Assembly (NCBI GenBank): GCA_963848305.1 | Contig: CAWKDC010000001.1 | Location: 1,472,001-1,536,000 of the forward strand | DNA length: 64,000 nucleotides | Direction of reading: 5' to 3' | Source of the DNA: an uncultured Gammaproteobacteria bacterium | GTDB lineage: Bacteria > Pseudomonadota > Gammaproteobacteria > JABCZS01 | Part shown: positions 21,180 through 30,451 of the stretch, piece after piece | Position numbering within the stretch: the first letter of the stretch is position 1 | Layout: the number at the start of each line of letters is the position of its first letter | Position numbers and translations under genes: made by a program | The notes under the pieces: model-generated | The model's input: only the letters and a program-made list of their open reading frames with translations | What the model was told of the DNA's origin: nothing | The model's database searches: none

Positions 21180-22556
21180 ATGGGCAAAAAGCTTGTGACA
21201 CCGTTTGTAAAAGAAGTAACATATGTTGACCCGGAACAAGTACTGTTACGATTGTCAAATGAACATCATTTATGTTTCTTAGACAGTTCCAAGCAAGATG
21301 AAATGTTGGGCCGCTACAGTTATATTGCCTTTGATCCTTTTTTAATCCTAGAAAGCAAAAATGACATGCATGATCCCTTTGATGCATTGTCTCTCGCGTT
21401 AGAACGTTATAAATCCGTAGCAGTCAATCATCTGCCGCCTTTCCAAGGCGGCGCCATGGGATATTTTGGCTATGATTTATTGCATCATTTGGAAAATGTG
21501 CCGCGATCTGTGCACGATCAAATTAAAGCGCCGGATATGTTGATTGGCTTGTATGATTGTCTAATAGCATTTGATCACGTTAAACAAAAGGCATGGATCA
21601 TTTCTCAAGGCTTTCCTGAAACAGACATGTTAAAAAGGATGGCGCGTGCAAAGCAACGCGCGCAAATGCTTTACCAGAAAGCGTTTGAACAGCCTGAGAG
21701 AAAACCAATCTCAACGTGGGCATGTCCGAGTGTTATTGAATCCAATATGACAAAAGCAGAGTATTGTCAGCGCATCGCACGCGTGATTGATCATATTCGT
21801 GCGGGTGATATTTATCAGGCGAATATTGCGCAATGTTTTTCCAGTGAATGGCCAGACAACATTGACCCCATCGATTTGTACATTGCATTGCGAACTAAAA
21901 ATCCTGCGCCGTTTTCAGCTTTCATACAAACAGATCAGCTGGCCATTGCTTCAGCCTCACCAGAGCGGTTTATGCGATTGCAAGATCGGCATGTTGAAAC
22001 GCGTCCCATCAAAGGGACACGTGCGCGAGGGAAAACGTTGATTGAAGATCAAGCGATTGCAAAAGCATTATTATGCAGTGAAAAAGATCGCGCAGAAAAC
22101 ACCATGATTGTGGATCTTATGCGCAACGATTTATCGCGCGTGTGTGAATCCGGTTCTGTCAAGGTGACCACACTCTGCGGATTGGAAACGTATGAAACCG
22201 TTCATCATTTGGTGTCTGTGATCGAAGGTACATTATCGTCTGATCACAATGCGATCACGTTACTGAAGGCAGCCTTTCCGGGTGGCTCGATCACGGGTGC
22301 ACCGAAAATAAGGGCGATGGAGATCATTCATGACATCGAACCTTTTTCGCGTGGCGTGTATTGCGGCAACATTGGCTACATAGGGTTTGATGGTAACATG
22401 GATACATCTATTGTCATTCGAACTTATACCATTATCAATCATCGGTTGTATTTTCAGGCAGGCGGGGGAATTGTGGCTGATTCCGATCCTGAGGATGAAT
22501 ATGAAGAAACGTTAACGAAGGCATTCGCGTTGAGAAAAATTGTCGAGGGTTTGTAG
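21180..22556 (+). CDS. pabB: Aminodeoxychorismate synthase component I
   Basis: SPERF, TRPIKGT, KDRAENTMIVDLMRND and FPGGSITGAPKIRAM motifs. Confidence 0.92.
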   Translation: MGKKLVTPFVKEVTYVDPEQVLLRLSNEHHLCFLDSSKQDEMLGRYSYIAFDPFLILESKNDMHDPFDALSLALERYKSVAVNHLPPFQGGAMGYFGYDLLHHLENVPRSVHDQIKAPDMLIGLYDCLIAFDHVKQKAWIISQGFPETDMLKRMARAKQRAQMLYQKAFEQPERKPISTWACPSVIESNMTKAEYCQRIARVIDHIRAGDIYQANIAQCFSSEWPDNIDPIDLYIALRTKNPAPFSAFIQTDQLAIASASPERFMRLQDRHVETRPIKGTRARGKTLIEDQAIAKALLCSEKDRAENTMIVDLMRNDLSRVCESGSVKVTTLCGLETYETVHHLVSVIEGTLSSDHNAITLLKAAFPGGSITGAPKIRAMEIIHDIEPFSRGVYCGNIGYIGFDGNMDTSIVIRTYTIINHRLYFQAGGGIVADSDPEDEYEETLTKAFALRKIVEGL

Positions 22557-22649
22557 AGCAGCTTTTTTTCATGTGGATGAAAAACGATGTAAGTTTTTTA
22601 TAAAAAACTGAGCATTCATTGTAGGTTGAAGCTAATAAAACAATTGACA

Positions 22650-22714
22650 AGGCCGATAGGCCTTTAAGTATTTAGCCTAGGGTTAGATGCGCGTAGCGTA
22701 TCGTAACCTTAGGT
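22650..22714. repeat. Half copy of a palindromic element (family shared with 52151-52315)
   Basis: AGGCCGATAGGCCTTTAAGTA...AGCCTAGGGT...TGCGC..AGCG..CGTAACCTTAGG aligns with 52153-52216. Confidence 0.7.
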
Positions 22715-22733
22715 CAGGTTTTTTAATAGCATT

Positions 22734-23159
22734 TTACTCCTCCCGTGTCGTTTTATGACTTCGCAATGATTTTATTTTCGCATGTAACTTTTTCTCATTC
22801 AAGCGGCGTTCGGTAGATGACCGAGTGGGTTTGGTTCTTTTTCGTTTTTTCGGAACAATAGTTGCGATTTGCAAAAGCTCAACCAAACGATGGATCGCAT
22901 CATGTTTATTGCGTTCCTGTGTGCGGTATCGATTGGCCTTAATCACGAGATCACCTTCTGGTGTGATTCTTTTAGCAAATAGGATAAGCACGCGTGATCG
23001 AACGTCCTCCGGTAATGACGTCGACTGGAGAACATTAAAACGTAATTGGGCAGCAGTAGAGAGCTTATTCACATTCTGGCCACCTGGGCCGGCAGCGCGC
23101 ACAAAGGTAATTTGAATGTCTGCCTCGTTTAAATAAAGATCCGGTGTGATTTTAATCAT
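22734..23159 (-). CDS. arfB: Ribosome rescue peptidyl-tRNA hydrolase ArfB
   Basis: FVRAAGPGGQNVNK and RTQERN; basic tail KRTKPTRSSTERRL. Confidence 0.95.
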   Translation of the reverse strand: MIKITPDLYLNEADIQITFVRAAGPGGQNVNKLSTAAQLRFNVLQSTSLPEDVRSRVLILFAKRITPEGDLVIKANRYRTQERNKHDAIHRLVELLQIATIVPKKRKRTKPTRSSTERRLNEKKLHAKIKSLRSHKTTREE

Positions 23160-23220
23160 AAAGAAATCCTGCCATGAATGATCGATACTATACCACAGAG
23201 AGACGAGACTTAGGCTTGTG

Positions 23221-24528
23221 TTAAATAGGCTTAACCGCTTGCGTTCTATCAAAATGGATGATGCTGTCAAATTGATAGGGCAATTGTGTGAAAAAATAAT
23301 GGCTATAACGCTCAGTGTGCGGAGCATAAATCACACCGATAGCCCGCTGTAATCGAGGTGTTTTAAGATAATATTCTAAAACTTGATTACCACGTAATGT
23401 TAAGAGAAATCGATCATGGGCGAGATCATGGAAAAGTGCTTCAAAGCTGCCCTCAAGTCCTGGGTTGATTTTTTTTATTTCCCCATTTGCTCCCCAATCA
23501 TTTGCTGCAAGAACGGTGCCATCATAAGTTGAAAAACCGATGTTGTAGCAAGATTCTGCATATTTTTCACGGATAAGCTGTCCGATGTTGATTTCACCCC
23601 TTGCCCCCATTTCGGTAGCGCGTGCGTCACCCACATGGGAATTGTGTGCCCAAATAATGATTTTAGCGGGCTTGCCGTGTCGTTTTTCAAGGTGATCAAC
23701 GATGTGATCCACTGTTTCAGCCATATGTGAATCACGGTTATTCCATGATGAAGCATGGTTTTCATACATGCTGCGGTAATAGTGTTCACCATTTTTAACC
23801 ACGCGTGCATTTTGAGCAGCATAAAAAAATGTTTCTTCAGCGGCTAGGCCATCTTTTTTGATGTAATCAAAGTGATGCTGATATATATCTAATAGATTTT
23901 GCAAAACTGCTTTTGTACAAGGTTCTCGTAATCCCTGTGCGCACAATAGTCCATATTCTTGCGGATCCACGCTCATGTGATCAAAGCATGCATATCGTGC
24001 TTTGGCATTGATGGCTGCTTCTGGATCCACCTTTGAAAGGTAATTGATCACTGCTTGCATCGAATCGTCAAAACTGTATAAATCTAAACCATAAAAAGCA
24101 ATTTTTTCCTTTTCTTGTAAGAGATCATTATGATGTCTAAGCCATGATAAGAATTGAGCCACAGTATGATTTCGCCACATCCATTTTGGGAAACGCTTAA
24201 AACTGTCTAGCGATTTTTCGTTGTCATGTGGATCGCCTGCACCCTGAATATAACGATGAATGGAATAAGCATCTGGCCAATCCCCTTCAATGGCAATGCA
24301 CATAAATCCTTTCTCTTGAATCAAGCGTTTTGAAATGTCGATCCTGGCCTGATAAAATGTTTCTGTACCATGTGTTGCTTCACCCAATAAAACAAACCGT
24401 GATTCCCCAATCTGTTCAATCAATGAAGCATAGTCATTGTCTTTGAGGGGTATGGATTCCTCATTGAGTATCTTGATAAGGTGTTCGTAGGTGGGGTTTG
24501 TCACAAAAGGTCTCCTGATCCCGTTCAT
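23221..24528 (-). CDS. Erythromycin esterase family protein
   Basis: LLGEATHGT, IEGDWPD, WAHNSHVGDARAT and QRAIGVIY motifs. Confidence 0.9.
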   Translation of the reverse strand: MNGIRRPFVTNPTYEHLIKILNEESIPLKDNDYASLIEQIGESRFVLLGEATHGTETFYQARIDISKRLIQEKGFMCIAIEGDWPDAYSIHRYIQGAGDPHDNEKSLDSFKRFPKWMWRNHTVAQFLSWLRHHNDLLQEKEKIAFYGLDLYSFDDSMQAVINYLSKVDPEAAINAKARYACFDHMSVDPQEYGLLCAQGLREPCTKAVLQNLLDIYQHHFDYIKKDGLAAEETFFYAAQNARVVKNGEHYYRSMYENHASSWNNRDSHMAETVDHIVDHLEKRHGKPAKIIIWAHNSHVGDARATEMGARGEINIGQLIREKYAESCYNIGFSTYDGTVLAANDWGANGEIKKINPGLEGSFEALFHDLAHDRFLLTLRGNQVLEYYLKTPRLQRAIGVIYAPHTERYSHYFFTQLPYQFDSIIHFDRTQAVKPI

Positions 24529-24701
24529 TCAAATATAGACTAAATGTGGGCTTCCAAGTCACTATTCACGTTGGGGGGAGAAAACACTTGAAAATCATTT
24601 CATTGATAAATAAGGAGTTAGAGTGTCAAAGCGACAGCGGTTAGGCTGGAAAAAGCTTGCTTTCTTACTATTTCAAATGGTATTATCACCCTTAAAGCGA
24701 G

Positions 24702-25841
24702 GTGAATATGAACTCATCGGTCAATGTAGGGTTGTTTATCAAAAATGCGGTGACTGTGCAAACATCACAATTGGATGCACTCAATGAGATTCATCTCAGT
24801 TTATTTGCGGAATTGGTAAAAACACTGCCACCCAGCAGAACAGCGACTGCGAACGAAATGGAGCAGGTATTGAGATTGAAGCCTGCAGGGGCGAAATCAC
24901 CCTATCTTCGTATGGAAGATCGACAAGCTGATCTGAGGGTGACGACAGATGCTGAGGCTGTTGAAAGTGCCGTTATCTTTGATGATTTCAAGGGTGACTC
25001 GTCAGGCGCATCATCGACATCGGTTCTTTTTGTTCCCTACGGATCTCTTGTCAAACCACTTCCCCAACAGGGTATTACCGAATCCGTTGATTTTACGGAT
25101 CATCGCCCACTCGATATCTCATTGTCGGCATTCAGATCAGAGGCAAGACTGGCAGAGAACCTTTATCGTGACCAAGAAGACAAGCCCACGCGAGAATTTA
25201 AAACTCAGACACTTTTCATTCAACTCCTCAATGAATACAACGTATTATTAAGCGAATATGCAAAGATGTTTTCGAAACCGCCTGCGAATAGTGCGCAATT
25301 ACGGATTATTTTTGAAACCAAAAAACAGATTTTTGCATACCGTTTGATGTTTGATAAGCATCATGATGCTGAGCAAAAAAAGGACATAAATACAAGGCCT
25401 GCTGTTGATCCTGAATTGCAGCGGCAAATGGTTCTCTTTCAGGCTCGGCGTTTGCCTACACAGGCACCTGATATGACAAATGAGGCGTCTGAATGTGTGC
25501 CTGATCCTTATTCCTACAAAACAGTCACGATCAGTAAAGTGCACATCGTTAATTTTAATTTATTAGAAGAGTACTACATATCACGCGCTGCCGATTCAAA
25601 CATATTCGTTGGCGGGACAGGGGTTGATCGGACCACAAAATTACACCTAGCACTGTTATGCTTCGATTGTTATGTCAAGGAAGGAAAGGTGAGCGACGTG
25701 TTGAAGGCACAGGTCAATCGAGGGGCAGGCTTTGGCAATAAATTGGGCAATAGAATAGATCAGATCGAAAGAAATCTTGCCAATCCATACTTTGAAAGTA
25801 CAGTGAGTATGGGCGTTGGTAGTAAAAACTGGTTTATATAG
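24702..25841 (+). CDS. Hypothetical protein (orphan)
   Basis: 379-codon ORF; GAGGTG RBS-like sequence suggests a start at ATG 24708; no recognised domain. Confidence 0.75.
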   Translation: MNMNSSVNVGLFIKNAVTVQTSQLDALNEIHLSLFAELVKTLPPSRTATANEMEQVLRLKPAGAKSPYLRMEDRQADLRVTTDAEAVESAVIFDDFKGDSSGASSTSVLFVPYGSLVKPLPQQGITESVDFTDHRPLDISLSAFRSEARLAENLYRDQEDKPTREFKTQTLFIQLLNEYNVLLSEYAKMFSKPPANSAQLRIIFETKKQIFAYRLMFDKHHDAEQKKDINTRPAVDPELQRQMVLFQARRLPTQAPDMTNEASECVPDPYSYKTVTISKVHIVNFNLLEEYYISRAADSNIFVGGTGVDRTTKLHLALLCFDCYVKEGKVSDVLKAQVNRGAGFGNKLGNRIDQIERNLANPYFESTVSMGVGSKNWFI

Positions 25842-25861
25842 TAGTCACCGTTCAGAGAAGC

Positions 25862-25891
25862 TGTAGGGGTGCAACATACTGCGCCCCTACA
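25862..25891. repeat. GTAG-type REP palindrome
   Basis: TGTAGGGGTGCAACATACTGCGCCCCTACA. Confidence 0.8.
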
Positions 25892-25903
25892 CAAGATGAT
25901 CCC

Positions 25904-26151
25904 CTATTTTTTGGGAGGTGCTGGGGGTTGATAGGGGATTCCCGGCGCTTCCAATGTTCCCGTATGCGACAGCCCTGCGACCAAGCTTCCGACAACAGCG
26001 CCCGGAGTCAACCAGCAATGGCACCACCAATATAGGCGCCACCTGCATGTAGGGCCAGATGTGTTGTGACTTCACCAACTGCACTCAGAACACTATGTGA
26101 GCTTCCCTGAGAGGCTTGTGGAGCCGATTGGGTTTTATCAGTTTGTTTCAT
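25904..26151 (-). CDS. Small glycine-zipper protein, about 82 aa (one-base frameshift near 26010; 47 aa as written)
   Basis: GAGGA RBS; MKQTDKTQSAPQASQGSSHSVLSAVGEVTTHLALHAGGAYIGGAIAG then TPGAVVGSLVAGLSHTGTLEAPGIPYQPPAPPKK* in the adjacent frame. Not in the ORF track. Confidence 0.65.
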
Positions 26152-26162
26152 ATCATTCCTCG

Positions 26163-26774
26163 TTATTTGTTGGCCGGTGTCGATGTGTGTTGATTCAAAA
26201 TCTGGGTGACCTGCTCGATCGCCGTTCGCTGTGGACCCACCAATGTCACCGGAGTACGCGATGTATCTTGAGATAGGGGGTTCCTGCTTTCCCGGGTATA
26301 CTGGCCTGTCCAGGTATTCTGCACCAATATGGGACCTTGTTTAATCTCAACATGTTCCCCTCCTAAAGTCGCAGCGGAGCGGTATTGTGGTGTATAAGTT
26401 GTTTCAAATGTATTTTTTTGCACATGCAAAGACGTGGGTGATGTGTATTCCGTGGGCATGCCGGGTAAGGGTGCAGAGGTCGTGGTTTTTGTTTCAATTT
26501 TTGTTGTGCCATCACGGTGACCGGTCACCACCACTTTGTCAGGATTTTTGATTTCCATCGATTTACCACCCACAGCACTTTGAATCGTGGTTGTTTTTTC
26601 AATCGTTGTGGTTGGGTTACCATACATATCGTATGAAGTAGATGTTGTGACAGTTTCACTCGCACCACGACCCAAAGGGCGTGGCGTGCTGGCTTGCGCA
26701 ATCTGGGAGTATATATCGGAAGGGTTGTTCGGCGGAGCGCTTCCGGTACCGCCACTAAAAAAATGATTGAACAT
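26163..26774 (-). CDS. Hypothetical Thr/Ser/Pro-rich protein
   Basis: AGGAGG RBS; 203 aa; internal repeat SA-x-GG-xx-(M/V)EIK. Confidence 0.8.
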   Translation of the reverse strand: MFNHFFSGGTGSAPPNNPSDIYSQIAQASTPRPLGRGASETVTTSTSYDMYGNPTTTIEKTTTIQSAVGGKSMEIKNPDKVVVTGHRDGTTKIETKTTTSAPLPGMPTEYTSPTSLHVQKNTFETTYTPQYRSAATLGGEHVEIKQGPILVQNTWTGQYTRESRNPLSQDTSRTPVTLVGPQRTAIEQVTQILNQHTSTPANK

Positions 26775-26798
26775 AACTCAATGCCTCCTGATCAACAA

Positions 26799-27065
26799 TC
26801 ACCACTTCGTTTTAAAACCGACGCCTGCATTAAAGCCATTTTTATTCCCGCTCACGTCCGCGTAAACTGTAGAGTTAGGCGTTACGTTTGTGCCTGCTGC
26901 ACCTGAGAAAACAGTCGGTGATCCAGCCGGTTTGTATGCGCCAGCACTGACGAAACCCGACGTATTACTGGCTGTGACGTTGGCACCTGCGCCTGTGACT
27001 TGACCGGAGTTATTGTTGGTAAAGAATGGAGTGGCCTTGACGTTGGGTTGTTGTGCGTGATTCAT
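26799..27065 (-). CDS. Hypothetical Gly/Asn-rich beta-strand protein, 88 aa, C-terminal Trp
   Basis: AAGGAGG RBS before ATG 27065; ends FNAGVGFKTKW. Confidence 0.8.
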   Translation of the reverse strand: MNHAQQPNVKATPFFTNNNSGQVTGAGANVTASNTSGFVSAGAYKPAGSPTVFSGAAGTNVTPNSTVYADVSGNKNGFNAGVGFKTKW

Positions 27066-27109
27066 AGAGATCCTCCTTGATAATGAATGCATGAGACGCT
27101 TTCAATATA

Positions 27110-27913
27110 TCAGCGAGAAGGATCTGAAGTCAATAGGGCATAAGCGGAATGATTGTGAATCGATTCAAAATTTTCAGACTCGACGACAAAGGATTGAATG
27201 CGCGAGTCTTTTTTCAATTCGGCCGCAATGTCTCGAACCAAATCTTCCACGAATTTTGGATTTTCGTAAGCTTTTTCAGTCACAAATTTTTCATCAGTTC
27301 TTTTGAGAATGCCGTACAACTCGCATGAGGCTTGTTGTTCAATTAATGTGATCAATGATTCAATGTGCATGTCAGTCACCAATTCAACTGTGACGGTGAT
27401 GTGCGAGCGTTGATTGTGTGCGCCATATTCCGAAATGGCTTTTGAGCAGGGGCACAAACTGGTGACAGGCACCACCACTTTGATGTCAGTTTTTGAGGAT
27501 TGTTCATGCCATTCGCCGTTGAATGTCACTTCATAATCGACATAACTTTTTGCGCCAGAAACGGGCGCACTTTTCAGCATGAAAAAAGGAAATTGTACGG
27601 TGACGTAACCACATTCTGCATGGAGTTTGTGCGTCATTTCTTGTAACAACGTATTGAAAGATAGGATGGAAAACGGGGTTTTTTTGCTGTGCAATAATTC
27701 CACAAAGCGGGACATGTGCGTGCCGCGCTGGTCGCCTGATAAATTCACGTACATATCGAATGTGCCCACGGTTGATTGTACGCTGCCATTTTCAGTCATG
27801 ATTTGAATCGGATGTCGCAGTGATTTCACGCCGACTTTTTGAATCGCCAGGCGGCGATGATCAGTGTGGCTTTGAATGTCGATGATCTGTGTTGCGGGCA
27901 TGCTGATAGACAT
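27110..27913 (-). CDS. folE2: GTP cyclohydrolase FolE2
   Basis: RGTHMSRF, TSLCPCSK, GAHNQRS and ESIHNHSA motifs. Confidence 0.97.
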   Translation of the reverse strand: MSISMPATQIIDIQSHTDHRRLAIQKVGVKSLRHPIQIMTENGSVQSTVGTFDMYVNLSGDQRGTHMSRFVELLHSKKTPFSILSFNTLLQEMTHKLHAECGYVTVQFPFFMLKSAPVSGAKSYVDYEVTFNGEWHEQSSKTDIKVVVPVTSLCPCSKAISEYGAHNQRSHITVTVELVTDMHIESLITLIEQQASCELYGILKRTDEKFVTEKAYENPKFVEDLVRDIAAELKKDSRIQSFVVESENFESIHNHSAYALLTSDPSR

Positions 27914-27915
27914 GG

Positions 27916-28299
27916 CTATATTCCTTCTCGGTATTCAACGCACGAGCGATCAGTTTCCCATAGTTTGACTGAATACAAAGAAACACCGTCAGTATTAATG
28001 GTACGTGCAATTTCATGGTAAAGCCATGCAGCCACATTTTCCGCCGTGGGGCTTTTGTCTTTGAACGCAGGGAGATCATTCAAATGATGGTGATCGAGTG
28101 TTTCAATGGGTTGTGCGGCGGCGCGTTTGATGTCTTGAAAATCAATCGCAATGCCAATCGCATTTAATTCACGGGCTGTCACATGAATTTCAGCTTTCCA
28201 ATTATGGCCATGCAGGCGTTTGCATTTGCCGGGATGCCCGGGAATAATATGTGAGGCTGAAAAATCAACCGTTACGGTCAACGTGTATATCGGGGACAT
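27916..28299 (-). CDS. queD: 6-carboxytetrahydropterin synthase
   Basis: CKRLHGHNW, LDHHHLND, PTAENVA and WET motifs. Confidence 0.95.
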   Translation of the reverse strand: MSPIYTLTVTVDFSASHIIPGHPGKCKRLHGHNWKAEIHVTARELNAIGIAIDFQDIKRAAAQPIETLDHHHLNDLPAFKDKSPTAENVAAWLYHEIARTINTDGVSLYSVKLWETDRSCVEYREGI

Positions 28300-28322
28300 T
28301 ATTCGTTTTACTCCAACTGCTT

Positions 28323-30202
28323 CTACAACGTCGTGACGGTGGGCGCATGTTGATGCATTGCCAATCTCGTCTTAATGTGCGCTTCAATACCCTCTGCATC
28401 CAGTCCTGCGGCTGTATAAAGGGCTTTGGTATCGCCATGCTCAATGAATGTATCCGGCAGGCCTAAGTTAAGCACCGAGCAAGAGAGAGATTCTGACATA
28501 ATTTGCAAGCAAATTCCACTCCCAGCGCCCCCTATCACTGCATTTTCTTCAATCGTCACCAGTAATTGATGATTTTGGGCGAGTGAACGGATGAGATCTG
28601 TATCTAAGGGTTTGATAAATCTCATGTTAACGAGAGTGAAGTCCAGCTTGTCTGCAACCAACCGGGCCGTGTGCAGCAAGGGGCCAAAGCATAATATGGC
28701 CACTGTTTGCCCTTCACGCACGATGCTGCCCTTGCCCAGCGGGAGAGTATTGAATGATGCCGAGACGGGCGCCCCGATGCCGGCGCCACGCGGATAGCGG
28801 ACAGCAGCAGGACCGTCATGGCGGAAGCCTGTGGTTAGCATGTCGCGGCATTCTGCTTCATCTGCGGGCGCCATGATCACCATATTGGGCAGGGCCGATA
28901 GATAGCTCAAATCGAATGTGCCGTGATGGGTGGGGCCATCTGCCCCAACCAAGCCTGCCCGGTCAATCGCAAATAGGACAGGGAGGTTGGGCAGGCAGAC
29001 ATCATGCACAACTTGGTCATATGCACGCTGCAAAAACGATGAATAAATCGCCACAATCGGTTTCTTGCCTTCACAGGCAAGGCCGGCAGCGACGGTGACG
29101 GCATGCTGTTCTGCAATCCCCACATCCATATATTGGCTTGGGTATTGTTGTGAAAAGGCAACCATGCCTGAGCCTTCACGCATGGCGGGTGTGATGGCGA
29201 CCAATTCGGGTGAAGCAGCCGCCATGTCACATAGCCAATCGCCAAAAATATTGGAAAAGGTGGGTTTGGTGGGGGCTTTGGGTTGATCGGGGGTAGGATT
29301 CAAATAGCCTGGCGATACGGCATGATAGGCAATGGGGTCTGCTTCTGCTGCTGCATAGCCTTTGCCTTTCTGGGTGTAAATGTGGAGTAATTTAGGCCCT
29401 TTGATATCACGCAGGGCGGTCAGTGTTTTGACCAGCTGAGCCACATCGTGGCCGTCAAAGGACCGTAATAATTAAAGCCCAGCTCTTCAAACAGGGTGCC
29501 AGGCAAAATCATGCCTTTCAAGTGCATTTCAGTCCGGCTGGCCAGCTCGCGCATGGAAGGAGGCATGACGTTCAATATTTTTTTGCTGCCTTCGCGCAGG
29601 GAGGTATACACTTTTCCTGAGATGATGCGGGCGAAATAATTTGAGAGTGCACCGACATTTTCCGAAATCGACATTTCATTGTCATTCAATACCACCAGCA
29701 TGTCAGCTTTAACAGCCCCTGCGTGATTGAGGGCTTCAAATGCCAGGCCTGCTGTCATTGCGCCATCGCCAATCACCGCCACAGTTTTTTGGGTACTATG
29801 GGGCGGTTGCGCCAGAGCCATGCCCAGGGCGGCGCTGATAGAGGTGCTTGAATGGCCTACAGTGAAGGTGTCGTAAGGACTTTCGCCGCGTTTAGGGAAA
29901 GGGGCGAGGCCGCCTGTCTTGCGCAAGGTATGCATCTGGGCTTTGCGGCCTGTTAAGATTTTGTGGATCAGGGCTTGGTGGCCCACATCCCAGACCAGTT
30001 TATCGTTCGGTGTATTGAAGACATAATGTAAAGCAACCGTCAGTTCTACGGTCCCCATGCTGGCGCCAAAGTGCCCCCCAATCTCATTCATGAGGTTCAT
30101 GAAGTAGTCACGCAGTTCGTTGACAAGCTCAGGCAAAGCACTGGCCGGCTGTTGCCGAAGATCGGCGGGCGTGTTGATGGTATCTAATAACGGATATGAC
30201 AT
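28323..30202 (-). CDS. dxs: 1-deoxy-D-xylulose-5-phosphate synthase (frameshift near 29458)
   Basis: [19 protein letters not shown] and [13 protein letters not shown]; YYGPFDGHD is restored by adding one T. Confidence 0.95.
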
Positions 30203-30371
30203 GGGACGGTCGAAGACTGCCAAACCCGGATACTATACCATAAGCATGGGGGGAACACCTAGGATTTCCATACCTCTTTTGTTTTTCTTGTTTTATTGAT
30301 AGTGTGTGAATGATATCTAATGCATAAAATAATTGCAATGGGATCCTTTGAAATAAGATCGTGTCCTGGGC

Positions 30372-30437
30372 CCGGATATAACCGCACGAAACTTCAGACT
30401 TTTTTGAATATTGCGGGCGCGTTTATTCCGGGATGAC
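30372..30437. repeat. CGGGATGAC-ended palindromic repeat (family shared with 44907-44976)
   Basis: CCGGATATAACCGC...GCGTTTATTCCGGGATGAC. Confidence 0.6.
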
Positions 30438-30451
30438 GAAGGAGGGTAACA

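Noticed and set aside
25887-26084. 65-aa ORF from the track (MQLVKSQ...)
   Set aside because: No RBS; it overlaps the better-supported Gly-zipper gene in another frame and ends in a REP.
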